A stretch of 64,000 nucleotides of DNA, from NCBI RefSeq assembly GCF_006345805.1, contig NC_043010.1, forward strand, positions 10,974,001 through 11,038,000, given 5' to 3'. The notes beneath the pieces are model-generated. The model ran no database searches, was not told the origin of the DNA, and was given only the letters and a program-made list of their open reading frames with translations. Positions 24,474 to 37,141 of the stretch are shown here, piece after piece. A program made the position numbers and the translations under genes. Positions within the stretch are counted from its first letter, which is position 1. Each line of letters starts with the position of its first letter. Source of the DNA: Octopus sinensis (Eukaryota).

Positions 24474-24775
24474 AGTGAGGGAGCAGTACATGCCATCAAA
24501 GTGACACTGGGGTAAAATATACGAAGCCTAATATATCCATTATGACTACACGTTTGATAAGGGTATAACAGGCACATTTATCACAACCATATGTGCACGA
24601 CATGATGACCTCATATCAAAATGAAGAGTGCATGATCTTGCCGTTGGGGCCCAGTTAGAATTTTCTCCAGGTTGAGTAGTCCATCCCAATCAAAAGATCT
24701 CTGAATAAAAGTTACTAAAGGATGATAACAAAACACAGATGTTTCCAGCAATGAATTATCCAAATCCCATTATTA
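24474..24775 (-). mobile_element. (AAT)n-associated retroposed repeat, truncated copy
   Basis: Homologous to 25959-26410; ends ...CTCACTC(AAT)n on the minus strand. Confidence 0.75.
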
Positions 24776-24786
24776 TTTTTATCATA

Positions 24787-25070
24787 GGTGAAGGCACATG
24801 GCTTAATGGTTAGGGTGCTGCACTCGTGATTGCTAGATCATGGATTCAATTCCCAGGCTGGGTGGCACACTGTGTTCTTGAGCAGAACACTTCCTTTCAC
24901 ATTTCACTGTGATCCTTTTGACATCTGATACATGACACACTTGTGCATCTGTAAAGGCAATGTTGATTCGATGGAGGAAGTGAGCTAATGTACAGCACAC
25001 ACAAACATTTGATCACAATAAGCAAATAATCGGTGTAGGTCGTACAGCAAAAACTGAACGCTCATATATC
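24787..25070 (+). mobile_element. tRNA-derived SINE family F, decayed
   Basis: GGTGAAGGCACATGGCTTAATGGTTAGGG...GGATTCAATTCCC...TTGAGCAGAACAC. Confidence 0.65.
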
Positions 25071-25172
25071 TTCTTTGACAGGAGATTCCATCATTATTAT
25101 TATCATTGTTTAAGTGGAAAGCTTGCAGAGTCTTTAGCGTACCAGATGAAATCCTTACTGGTATTTCGTCCA

Positions 25173-25785
25173 AAGGCGGCGAGCTGGCAGAAACGGTAGC
25201 ATGCTGGGCGAAATGCTTAGCGGTATTTCGTCTGCCATTACGTTCTGAGTTCAAATTCCGCCGAGGTCGACTTTGCCTTTCATCCTTTCGGGGTCGATTA
25301 AATAAGTACCAGTTACGCACTGGGGTCGATATAATCGACTTAATCCGTTTGTCTGTCCTTGTTTGTCCTCTCTGTGTTTAGCCCCTTGTGGGTAGTAAAG
25401 AAATAGGTATTTCGTCCATATTTATGTTCTGAGTTGACTTTGTCTTTCATACTTTTGGGAGTTAATAAAATAAGTACCAGTTGAGTCCAGGGGTCAATGA
25501 AACTGACTAGCCTGTCCCCAAATCTCAGGCCTTGTGCCTAGAGTAGAGAAGATCATTATTATTATTAAGGCAGTGAGCTGGCAGAATCATTAGTATGCTG
25601 GGCAAAATACTTAGCACCATTTTGTGCTTCTCTACATTTGAGTTCACATTCTGCCATGGTTGACTTTGCTTTTCATCCTTTTGGGGTCGACAAAATAAGT
25701 ACCAATTGAGTACTGGGGTTAATATAATTGACTCGCTCTCTCCCCAAAAATTTCAGGCCTTGTGCCTGTAGTGGAAACAATTATC
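25173..25785 (+). mobile_element. SINE family B followed by two B-variant units
   Basis: Head GGCGGCGAGCTGGCAGAAACG and core GTCGACTTTGCCTTTCATCCTTTCGGGGTCGAT; variant tails CAGGCCTTGTGCCT. Confidence 0.85.
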
Positions 25786-25903
25786 ATTACTACTACTATC
25801 ATCATTATTATTATTATTATTATTAAGTGAGAGAGCAGTTCATGCCATCAAAGTGACACTGGGGTTATTATTATTATTATCATTATTATCATTATTACTA
25901 TTA

Positions 25904-25958
<55 letters not shown>

Positions 25959-25959
<1 letters not shown>

Positions 25960-26410
25960 GAGTGAGAGAGCAGTGCATGCCATCAAAGTGACACTGGGGT
26001 AAAATATACGAAGCCCAATATACCCATCATGACTACCCGTTGATAAAGGTACACCAGGCACATGCATCACAACCATATGTGCGCGACATGGTGATCTATA
26101 TCAAGATAAACAGCACATGACCTTGCAGGGGGGCCCAGTTAGAATTTTCTTCAGATTGAGTAGCCCATCCCGCTCAAACGGTCCCTGAATAAGGGTTGTT
26201 TAAGGATGTTGAAAGAACCACCCATGTTTCCAGAGGTGAACTATTCAAACCCCAAAGAATCCCTCTCAACACATGGCTATGATGCTCCCCCACTACTTCT
26301 GCTCGTGATCAGAGATGCACATATTGTCAGCCACGAAGGGACATGCTCAACTGGTTAAGGTCAAACAACTGACAAGCAAATCTGTGGTATTGAGCAGAAT
26401 ATTTGCTGTA
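25959..26410 (-). mobile_element. (AAT)n-flanked retroposed repeat, longer copy
   Basis: Flanked on both sides by ATT repeats; a short copy of its 3' end lies at 25827-25864. Confidence 0.75.
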
Positions 26411-26448
26411 GCATTATTATTATTATTATTATTATCATTATTATTATT

Positions 26449-26670
26449 AAGGTGGCAAGGTGGCAGAATCGTTAGTGCACTGTACAAAATACTTAGCGGT
26501 ATTTCACTCGTTGCTGCATTCCGAGTTCAAATGCAGCTGTAGTGAACTTTGCTTTTTCATCCTTTCGGGGTTGATAAATTTAGTACCAGAGAAACACTGG
26601 AGTTGATGTAATTGACTAGTTTCCTCCCACAAAATTTCAGGCCCTGTGCCAATAGTATGGTACAAAAGAT
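26449..26670 (+). mobile_element. SINE family B variant
   Basis: AAGGTGGCAAGGTGGCAGAATCGTTAG head and CTTTTTCATCCTTTCGGGGTTGATAAA core. Confidence 0.8.
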
Positions 26671-26973
26671 TGTTATTATTATTATTAATATTATTATTAT
26701 TATCATTATTATTATTATTATTATTATTATTCTATGTTTGACTTTTGCTTTATGTCTGTAGAAGTTGGCTCCAAGTCTCACCCAGAGACCTCAAAAGACA
26801 ACAGGTTGGAAGTTCACGTTGTTATGCCTAGTGTGCCATATATTTGGGGTTTTTTTTGGTGTTGTACTAGTGAATGTCTAATACATAGATTTAAAACTAA
26901 AAAGTAAAAAAAAGTTTGTTTTAAACCTTGAGATTACATAGAGAGTATTTTGCGTAGGATATGAGCAGTTGGA

Positions 26974-27004
<31 letters not shown>

Positions 27005-27693
27005 ATTATTATTATTATTATCATCATCATCATCGTCGTCGTCGTCATTGTTGCTGTTGTTGTTGTTATTAACAAAATAAACCAATATACATGCATTGTA
27101 TGCTATGTAGTACTTGCCAAGCAATCTATAAGAGATGTTTGTGAACTCTGAAGAATTCATCCATTAGATATGGTGCACATCTTGCATCTTACTGATTCAA
27201 ATATTGCATTAGCTTTGCTTTGCTTTTGCCAAAAATACTACAAATATATCAGGCAGAAGCAGAATCTTTCACAAATGTCAAGTGTAGAAGAAAATTATTT
27301 AATTTCATCTTTACCCATTAAATGTTTTAAAGAAGAAAAACTATCAGTGAATTCCAGCATATTAAAGCAAGCAGATATTGTGACATTTTTCGAAAAGTAC
27401 AAAACGATAGCATTGCATTACCTGCTTCAATGCCTTGCTTGATGTCAGATTGCTTGCGTTTATGTTATTTTCTTTTTAATCTCTAAAGTGCAGCTTATAT
27501 GTAGAATATTATAGTAGCTGTGCCGTCATTGGTTAGAATCTACCAAAACTGCCAAATACAAATATCTTTCATTATCAGCCAATGCTAATAATATTTCTTT
27601 AACGTTTCTAAGTAGACAGAACTAAAAGCTAAAATATCTGTTGTCAAAGCACCTGCCATATTGCATCAAACAAGCTTTGTGTGTGTGTGTGCA

Positions 27694-27729
<36 letters not shown>

Positions 27730-28149
27730 TGTGTGAGTGTGTGCATGTGTTCTTATGAAATTGTGGCAGGTTAAAATCTATAGGGAAGCAGATTTCACTT
27801 TGTTCCTCTGAAGATGACAATTTTACTCCTTCAGGTTTATAATGCTGTCCCCCCATATACTGTGAGTTAAATATAACTAGAACCTATCCTATTGCAAAAA
27901 AATAGAAAAAAAAAGAAAAAAAAACAGAAAAAGAATTCAGTACCAGGAAATTTGTTTTGCTCCTGATTTTTGTATTGCTTTGTATTCATTTTCAAAGATG
28001 AGTGTAGAAATATAGATTCTTTTTTAGTCATTTCCATAGCTGCTGCTGCTGCTGCTGGCAAAAGGCCAATGTGTTCTGATATTATAAAAATACACTTCAT
28101 ACTTCTTAGCTTCTACACATCTTACATTTGATGACATGTTTGTCATTTC

Positions 28150-28177
28150 TTTTACACACACACACATATATACATAC

Positions 28178-28230
<53 letters not shown>

Positions 28231-28398
28231 TATATAATATATATATACATATATATATACATATATATACATATATATACACACATATATATACATATTT
28301 ATATATACATATACAAATATATATATATATATACATATACATGTATATACATATATATATATGTATGTATATATATATATAATATATGTATATATATA

Positions 28399-28473
<75 letters not shown>

Positions 28474-28560
28474 ATATATATATATATTATATATATATAT
28501 GAGTTTTATATATTAATATATTATATATATGTATGTATATGTATATATATCTACATTTAT
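28150..28560. repeat. (TA)n-rich microsatellite block
   Basis: Direct reading. Confidence 0.95.
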
Positions 28561-28563
28561 ATG

Positions 28564-28874
28564 CAGTGGGAAACTGGGTCTAAAAATATTGGTTGCCAGG
28601 AGACTAAGGGGACACACCTGCAACTACAATGCTACCATTTAATTTTTGGGGTTGTTAAAAGTATTCTTTTGAACTGTCTGTAGACAGTTCAAAAGAATAC
28701 TTTGTAAACACAGCCAGGCTGAAATAATTAATGCATTCTTCCAGGAGTGAATAAAAAACTTTCAAACTTGAGGGGATGGGCCCCTTAGATACTAACATTG
28801 ACCCCCATATATGGATTCTAATTAATGGCAGAGGTGCCCACTTTCCATCTGGCAAGCTGGCAAGTCCGCCACTG
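28564..28874. mobile_element. Possible hAT-like MITE with internal 46-bp palindrome
   Basis: Ends CAGTGG... / ...CCGCCACTG; 22-bp perfect inverted repeat at 28658-28703. Confidence 0.45.
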
Positions 28875-28900
28875 TCTATAGCTATATCTATATCTATCTC

Positions 28901-28950
<50 letters not shown>

Positions 28951-29231
28951 TACATGTATGTATATATGTATATATCTAAATCTCTCTCTCACTCTGTATT
29001 TATATATATACATATATATTGCTAACTTCATAACAATTTAGAAACTTCAAGAGAATATAAAATAATTATTTTTTAATAGTTGAACTGAAATTAGATAAGC
29101 TATAAATAGTAGCATATAAATATCAGATTTCAACTTTATATATCCACACTATTTTTTATAACTTTAATGACTTCAAGTTGAACTGTTAAAAGGAATTATA
29201 TATATGTATATATATGTGTATATATATATAT

Positions 29232-29285
<54 letters not shown>

Positions 29286-29294
29286 GATAATAAT

Positions 29295-29772
29295 ATTAGG
29301 GAGTATGGCTCCAAACTTACAGGGAAAAATTAGATTTAGAATTAAATCAAATTTTCACTGTATAAATATAAATTAAAGAAAAATTATTATTTTATTTATT
29401 TCTTTAAAAATATTGTTTAACTCTATTTGCTTATTTATTTAACTATTATCATTAACCTGAAGATTGACTATAATTTTAATTCAAATTTTCTATTGAATTT
29501 AAACTTAATTGTAATTCGAATATAATTATAGCCATGAAACGTACGTATTGTTTTTACTTATTATATTTATCTTCTTTTTATACTTTTTGGTTATAAAAAA
29601 AAATTTTAAATATAAAAATTTATAAATTTAAAAACTTAAATTTTTAATTTTATATTTTATATATATATATTATATATTATATTAATTATATTTATATTTT
29701 TTGTTATTTATGTATTGGTTTATGTGTATCACTGTTTGAGTTGCCTAATAGTGGTTTTATCTCTAATTTAAT
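29295..29772. mobile_element. TA-embedded inverted-arm element with a decayed hammerhead
   Basis: Left end CCAAACTTACAGGGAAAAA is the reverse complement of 46060-46085; right end TAATAGTGGTTTTATCTCTAATTT matches 45994-46016; CTGAAGA at 29457 and GAAACGTACGTA at 29536-29547. Confidence 0.7.
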
Positions 29773-29797
29773 TTATATATATATATAAATATATAAA

Positions 29798-31277
29798 GGA
29801 GGGAGCAGAGGCCAAGAACTACAGACCTATCTCTCTGACCTTACTCATCAGCAAGGTCATGGAACGAATAATCAGAAGAAAACTAATCGCCTTCCTTTAA
29901 GAAAATGACTTGCTGCCTGACACCCAACATGGTTTTCGACCAGGAAGAAGCTGCCTGATTCACCTCTTACAACACTATGACTGGGTGCTGAAACAGCTGC
30001 TCAACCACTCAAATGTGGAATGATATATCTCAACTTTACAAAGGCCTTTGATAAATTCGATCATGGAATGATATCTCACAAACTGCGTGATCTTGGCATA
30101 GCTGGAAAATTGGGAGAATGGCTTCATGACTTTCTGAAGGATAGATGTCATGTGGTAGTAGCCAATGAGGCCACTTCCAATGGCATGCAGATAGTGAGCT
30201 GTGTTCTGCAAGGCACTGTTTTGGGACCACTAGTGTTCATAATGGCCCTCTCAGGCATTACCTCAGCCACACAGAGAGCCACGATGACAAGTTATGCAGA
30301 TGATACAAAAGTCTCACAGATAATACAGAATCCTGAAGACACTATGCACCTGCAATGTGAGCTAGATGAAATATACAAGTGGGCTAAAAAGAATAGCATG
30401 CAGTTTAATGTTGAAAAGTCTCAAGCCTTGCGCTATCAGCATGCAAAACTGAATGCAACACCCAATAAATACACTGGACCTGGCGGGATTGAAATCTCAG
30501 AGGCACAGTCAGAGCAAGACCTTGGCATTTACATGAGTAATGATGCAACCTTTCATGTGCATGTTGCTAAATTGGCAATGAAATGCAGGTAACTGACCGG
30601 ATGGATTCTTAGAGCTTTTAGAACAAGAGACCAGGAAACCATGATGGTCTTCTGGAGGACACTTGTCCTAAGCCACTTTGACTATTGCTCTCAGCTATGG
30701 TGTCAAATTAATCTCAGAACTTGAGGCAATCCAACGAAGCTATATGTAGAAGATAGCCTCAATGCAGCATATAAGCTATTGGGAAAGACTCAAGATATTA
30801 AGACTCTATTCCTTAGAGTGTAGGCAAAAAAGATATGCCATAATATACATCTGGAAGAGCCTGGAAGGACTTGTCCCAAACTTTGGCATCGAGAGTTACA
30901 CAAATGCCAGAACTGGGCGCCATTGCATAGTGCCAAGGACTCCAAATTTGCCATCAAGCTGTAGGACAAGATACTGCAATAGCCTGGTCTTCAGAGGTCC
31001 ACAGCTCTTCAATATCCTCCTGAAGGACCTGAGAGACCTGCATGGGGTGGATGTAGGTGTCTTCAAAATAAAGCTGGACCTCTTCCTGTCAGGTGTCCCA
31101 GATGAACCAACTTCGCAGCAGGAGGTGTAGATGAGGGTAGCTGCATCAAATTCTCTCAGGCACCAAATGTCAATTGCTAAAAAGCATTCATGAAGTAAAA
31201 TTATGGAGCAACACCAAATGGCTGTGCACCAGCATGGCCTCAGCTCGTGAGCAGGAACTAGATGGAATTAAAAAAAA
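29798..31277 (+). mobile_element. CR1/L2-group LINE, 5'-truncated RT pseudogene with 3' tail
   Basis: YRPISLT..SKVMERII, QHGFRPGRSC, YLNFTKAFDK, QGTVLGP, YADDTK, GIYMSND.TF..HV, YCSQLW, LYSLE.R; interrupted by stops and frameshifts; A-rich end. Confidence 0.93.
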
Positions 31278-31317
31278 TTTTTAAAGTAAAATATATATAT
31301 CTTTTATTTTTTTTACT

Positions 31318-31808
31318 TTCTAGTTATTACTTCTTTTAGTCATCAGACTGCAGCCATCCTGGGACACCACCTTGTAGGGTTCAGCTGAGCAAATCAATCC
31401 CAGCGCTACTAATTTTAAGCGTGGCACTGAATTTATTGATCTCATTTTGCTGAACTGCTAAGTTACAGGGATGGAACTACAAACCAACACCGGTCGTCAA
31501 ACCAATACTTGAGGACAAACACAAAAGCATGCAGATACACACAAACCACACACACACACAACACGCACGCACACACACATACACACACACACCTATGTAT
31601 ACTTGTATATGAGACTGAAAGAAGTCCATTGGATACATGAATATAATGTATATTTACATATGTATATGATGGGCTTCCTTCAGTTTGCATCTGCCAAATC
31701 TACCCACAAGGCTGTTGTAGAAAACACTTGTCCAAGATGCCATTCAGTGAGCTTGAACGCAGTGTTATACAGTTGGAAAATATACTTCTTACACATAGCC
31801 ATGCCTGC
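31318..31808 (-). mobile_element. SINE family A, decayed
   Basis: Tail 31318-31530 and head 31665-31808 separated by a microsatellite. Confidence 0.7.
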
Positions 31809-32124
31809 GACAATATATATATGTGAACATGTATGTGTCTGTATATATATATATATATATATTAAGAACAATCTTACTTAGAAATGGATGCGTGTGTTCC
31901 GTCATATAATAAATTAATAAATGAATAAAACATATGCATATATACATACATATATGTACGTACCTACCTCTACATGTATATATACAGGCATATATGGGTA
32001 CAGGACACCAAAAAAACTTCGAACACAATGAGAAACGAAAACATAAACACAAAACCAAGGAAATGGACAGTTTTCTTAAACAACGAAAAAATAGAGTAAA
32101 AGGACACACAAAACAAGTATATAT

Positions 32125-32156
<32 letters not shown>

Positions 32157-33139
32157 TTATATCTGTCTATCTATCTACCTATCTATCTATCTATCTACCT
32201 ATCTGCTTTGGCAATGGAAACAAAACCTTGCAGTTTTTCTAACACCAGAAAGAAAAGAAATGAAAATTTAAAATAAATATATAAAAAAACCTACTTTCAA
32301 GGGTAGAAAGAGACTGATATAGACAGAAAGTTATTTCAATAAAATAGGATATCTTTTATTCTGACAACCAAGGTCGTAATTGTCTTTAATTTCTCTATCA
32401 ACTTGTTTCTTTTCAGATATTTTATATTCTTTAGAGATTACAACTGAAATTCACAATTTATTTATTGTAGCATTAATCATCTATAAACTCTTCATTCTAG
32501 AAAATTATGGTTTCTGTTATATCCTCAAAGACCATAAATCTGCAAGTTTTAATGAATTCATAAATTTCCACGACTTGCTGTTTTATTTTTTTTTTCCCCT
32601 TATTTTTACATTTATTTATTTATTTTTTTATTTATTTATTTATTTTTGTTCACTGTTTCAATTTAAAATTGACACTGTTGTAAAATTAATGTAAATGCTT
32701 TGAAATATTTTTCTTTTCATAAAAAGAAAAGAAACATTTATTTGTAAATAGTTTTGAAACAGAATGTTCTAATAATTGACTCCAACTATTTGTCAGCATT
32801 TTTCAATCTACATTTTAAAACCAATCAATCAGTTAATCAATCAATCTATCAATCAATCAATCAATATAGAATTATTTCCTACAGACATAATAAATCGAAC
32901 ACTTTGCTTAAAATGTTTCTGCTTAGATATATCCATCAAACGATGAATATTCTCTAATGATTTCAGGAGAAAATCTGAGCACACAATGAAGTATGTTACT
33001 CAGTAGTACGCATGAATGATTATAGAAAATGGTTGCACTACTATATAATTTACTGCTTTGAGATGTAGATTGTGCTGCTCTATGATACCTGTTAATCTGG
33101 TGCATGTAAAGAATTACTATAAAAGGAAAAAAAAAGGGC

Positions 33140-33476
33140 AAAAACTCCCTTTGGTCAAGAATGACCATGGGATTGTACCAAGAAAGTTCCCCTCCAAGGT
33201 ACAAGTCCAGGCAAGGTTGTTTATGGAAGACTAGTAGTCGCCCATGCATACCAGCCTCTCCTCACCATGCCACCAATATTAACCAAGGGAAGGGCAAAAG
33301 CTGATACAGCTTGGCACCAGTGATGATGCAACTCATTTCTACAGTTGAGTGAAATGGAGCAACGTGAAATAAAGTGTCTTGCTCAAGAACACGACACACA
33401 GCCCAGATTGAGAATTGAACTCACTACCTCATGATTGTGAGCTCGATGCTCTAACCACTGAACCATGCACCTTCAC
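33140..33476 (-). mobile_element. tRNA-derived SINE family F
   Basis: Minus-strand head GTGAAGGTGCATGGTTCAGTGGTTAGAGC...GAGTTCAATTCTC...TTGAGCAAGACACTT. Confidence 0.8.
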
Positions 33477-33800
33477 ACGCAATTACTATATAACACAAGA
33501 AATGCTGTACTAACAATAAAATAAAGAATTCTTAGGATTCAGATTAGTAGAAGAAAAAAGAATTGTATAATACTGTGTAACATTCAGTGATGGCATCGTA
33601 AACAAAATGAAGTTATACAGTTTGGGAACTGTTTCTTTAAAATTGGTCATTAGATTAAATAATCATAAGCAAAGTGTGTGTATGTGTGTGTTTGTATTTG
33701 TGTTGGTGTTGGTGTGTTTACATCACTGTAATTTAAGGGTTTGACAACAAGCACCACTAGAATAAGTACCAGACTTTAAAGAAAAAAAATGTATGCATTA

Positions 33801-34195
33801 GGTGTAGGAGTGGCTGTGTGGTAAGAAGCTCACTTCCCAATCAGAGGGTTCTAGGTTCAGTCCCACTGCATGGCACCTTAGGCAACTACTGTAGCCCCGG
33901 GTTGACCAAAGCCTTATGAGTGGATTTGGTAGACGGAAACTGAAAGAAGCCTGTCATGTGTATGTATGTGTGTGTGTTTGTGTTTGTCTCCACTACATCA
34001 CTTGACAACCTGTGTTGGTGTGTTTACATCCACATAATGTAGCAGTTCAGCATAATATAGCAGTAAGGCTTAGGCTTACAAAGAAAAAATCCTGGGGTCG
34101 ATTTCTTTGACTAAAACCCTTTAAGATGGTGCTCCAGCATGGCTGCAGTCAAACGACTGAAGCAAGTAAAGGAGTAAAAGAGAGTAAAGAGAGTA
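33801..34195 (+). mobile_element. SINE family A
   Basis: Head, core and GAGTAAAA tail. Confidence 0.88.
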
Positions 34196-34521
34196 TCAGC
34201 AGTGAGATAAATTGTGTGCATTTTCCTTTCTAGTTATGAATATTCTATATCTTAGTTTTCCTTTTGCTCTTGGGACAATGTATCCAAGAGAAGGCATGTG
34301 GCCTAGTGGTTAGGGTTTTACATTCGCAATCATAAGATTTTGGTTTCTATTCCGAGACAAGGTAGTGTGATGTGTTTTTGAGAAAAAACATTTCATTGTG
34401 CATTGCTTCTATCCTCTAAGCTGTAAATGATTTCTTCTGCAACAGACTGGTACCTCATTCAGAAGGGATGTTGTGATCCTGATGACTTACATGAAAAGCT
34501 CGCAATTGGCTCTATGTGTTG

Positions 34522-34907
34522 CTCTTTTACTCTTTTACTTGTTTCAGTCATTTGACTGTGGCCATGCTGGAGCACTGCCTTTTGTCGAGCAAATCGACCC
34601 CCCAGGACTTATTCTTCATAAGCCTAATACTTATTCAAATGGTCTCTTTTGTCAAACCGCTAAGTTACAGAGACGTAAACACACCAGCATCAGTTGTTTG
34701 GGGGACAAACACAGACACACAAACATACACACACACACATATACATATACATATACGACGGGTTTCTTTCAGTTTCCGTCTACCAAATCTACTCACAAGG
34801 CTTTGGTCAGCCCGAGGCTATAGTAGAAGACACTCGCCCAATGGGCCACTCAGTGGGACTGAACCCAGAACCATGTGGTTCGTAAGCAAGCTACTTACCA
34901 CACAGCC
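34522..34907 (-). mobile_element. SINE family A
   Basis: Reverse complement of head, core and tail. Confidence 0.9.
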
Positions 34908-36021
34908 GATCTTACGTCTAAAACTTGAGACAGTAATATCCAGGAGTTGACAATGGGGATGATAATGAATGCATCCAGGATTGCATTATTGTGTGTTCTT
35001 CCTTTGAAATTATGAGATTGTCTTTGCTAAAACTAGTAGCCAAATCTCCCTCAAAGTGAGCAAACATGCAGAGGTACCCTTATCTGCTTGACAAATATCT
35101 TAGCGTAAGAATGATGTGTATTTTAACATATCTGTATAGTGTCAAGTAATATAAAACAGAAGTTTTGGTGTGTTGAGAATACATACTCTGAGCATGAGTT
35201 TAAGGTTGGCACCTTCTATGAAATTTCGATATCATTATTAGTTTACCATGTCTCAAGACTAGAATTTATTTCTTTGAAAAATGGACCCAAGAGAAGGAGC
35301 GTAATCTCAGAAATGGCCAATAAGTTTAGAAAGCCGACTTAATAGCCATTCTAACATGTAGCTCTGGCCATAACATAAATCAGTCTTTGGTTGGAAAATG
35401 TCAAGAAAATGATCAAAATATATTTAATGATACTACTAACAGTTGCTAGAAATTTGCAGTCATATAGTCGTCGTAGCATTGGCCAAAGAATTGTATCATA
35501 GCCAAATGGTTGCTCAGTTTTATCAAATATAACTTTACTAACAATAAAACTAAATTGTCACATCTTGATCATGTTCAGCAATGAAGAGAATGTGTATGAA
35601 AACCGTGTTGTGTCTTCCTGATGACCTAATCCCCTCCTAGTGATTTAGTGTTAGTGCTATAAGGTTTCCATTAGATTAAAACCTAATGTATTGAAGGCAG
35701 AAAGGATAAAACTTCTAGATGTTAATCTGCTACACAAATACAATTACTATATAATGCAAGGAATGCTGTACTAGCAATAAAAATAAAAGATTTCGTAGCA
35801 CTCAAATTGTTAAGAGAAAGAAAAGAAATATTGATTGCACGGTATTGTGTGTTATTGTGTTTGCATTGTAAACAAAATGAATTTCAACTGGGAATTGAAA
35901 CCATGAAGTGAAGCAGATTCATTAAAACTAAAGTGTGTGTATATATATATATATATATCTGACCTGTATGAGCATGGAAAAGTGGACATTAAAACAATAA
36001 TGAAGATGAAAATGATGATAT

Positions 36022-36062
<41 letters not shown>

Positions 36063-36120
36063 CATACATATATATATATGTATATATATATGTATATATA
36101 TATATATATGTATATATATA

Positions 36121-36173
<53 letters not shown>

Positions 36174-36434
36174 CAACGCAACCTTCACACAACGCCAAAA
36201 TAAAGAACTATATTTCATAAAAAAATTTAGACCAAGTTTAAACACCCTGGGCCAGGAATACTAAAACAAAAGATAAGTCCTCCGAAAAGGAGAACCAAAT
36301 TTCACCACGGCCGCTACTTCAAACAGACACTCACTCTGACGGAAATATGCCTTAGTAAAAAAGGGGAAAAAAATTCTTTCATGCAAATCTGACCCTGATA
36401 CATACGATACAGCTAAGGGTCAGACCCGATTCTG

Positions 36435-36830
36435 ATTGGTCAACAAGTTGATGACGTCTAGCTCTGCTAGAATGGACAGGATACAAACAGGGGACAGTCA
36501 TTAGTCAGAATATTGATGACGTCCTTTTCTGCTTGAATAGTCACCTAACAAGTACAGACAGGGGGCAGATCTAATGTAGCTATAAGTCGTGATTGGGCAG
36601 AATCTGGATGACATCCCGCTATGCTTGACTAACGAAGTGACTGGTCAAGACAGGAAAAAAACAAGAGGGAGTTATAATGCAGCGATTGGTCAAAATAATG
36701 ATGACGTCCCGTTCCACTTGATTAAAGCCACCTAACGAATCGATTGGTCAAAACATTGATGACGTCACGCTACGCTAGATTGACCACCTAACAGGCATTA
36801 TAAAACCAAGCATTTCACAAAAAATCACTA
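36435..36830 (+). promoter_or_regulatory. Pol II promoter-like array: 5x (ATTGG-N12-TGACGTC), TATA box, Inr-like site
   Basis: Modules at 36435, 36500, 36592, 36685 and 36743 with identical 12-nt spacing; TATAAAA 36799-36805; TCACT with A at 36827. Confidence 0.65.
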
Positions 36831-37141
36831 GAACCACCCAGCGAACTTCCACCATGGGTATCACAAATTGCTTAAGGTAAAAATGAATTCTCGCTCTTTC
36901 GGAAACATCAATCTTCTGTATTGACCGCTTTTCACCACTTTGATCTGTTTTTTGTATTGAATACGTATCGCCACCGTGGGCCACTGCATCGAACACTTTG
37001 AACATATACTTCAAACTATATATCAACTATACATGAACTATATATCAACTATACATGAACTCTAAGATGTCTGACTCCGTTGTGTATTATAAATGAATTT
37101 CTTGTGTTTGACGGCATGAGCTGTCTCTTTTTATATATAAC

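Noticed and set aside
27170-27442. 90-aa plus-strand ORF
   Set aside because: No recognisable motif or splice context; length is within chance expectation.
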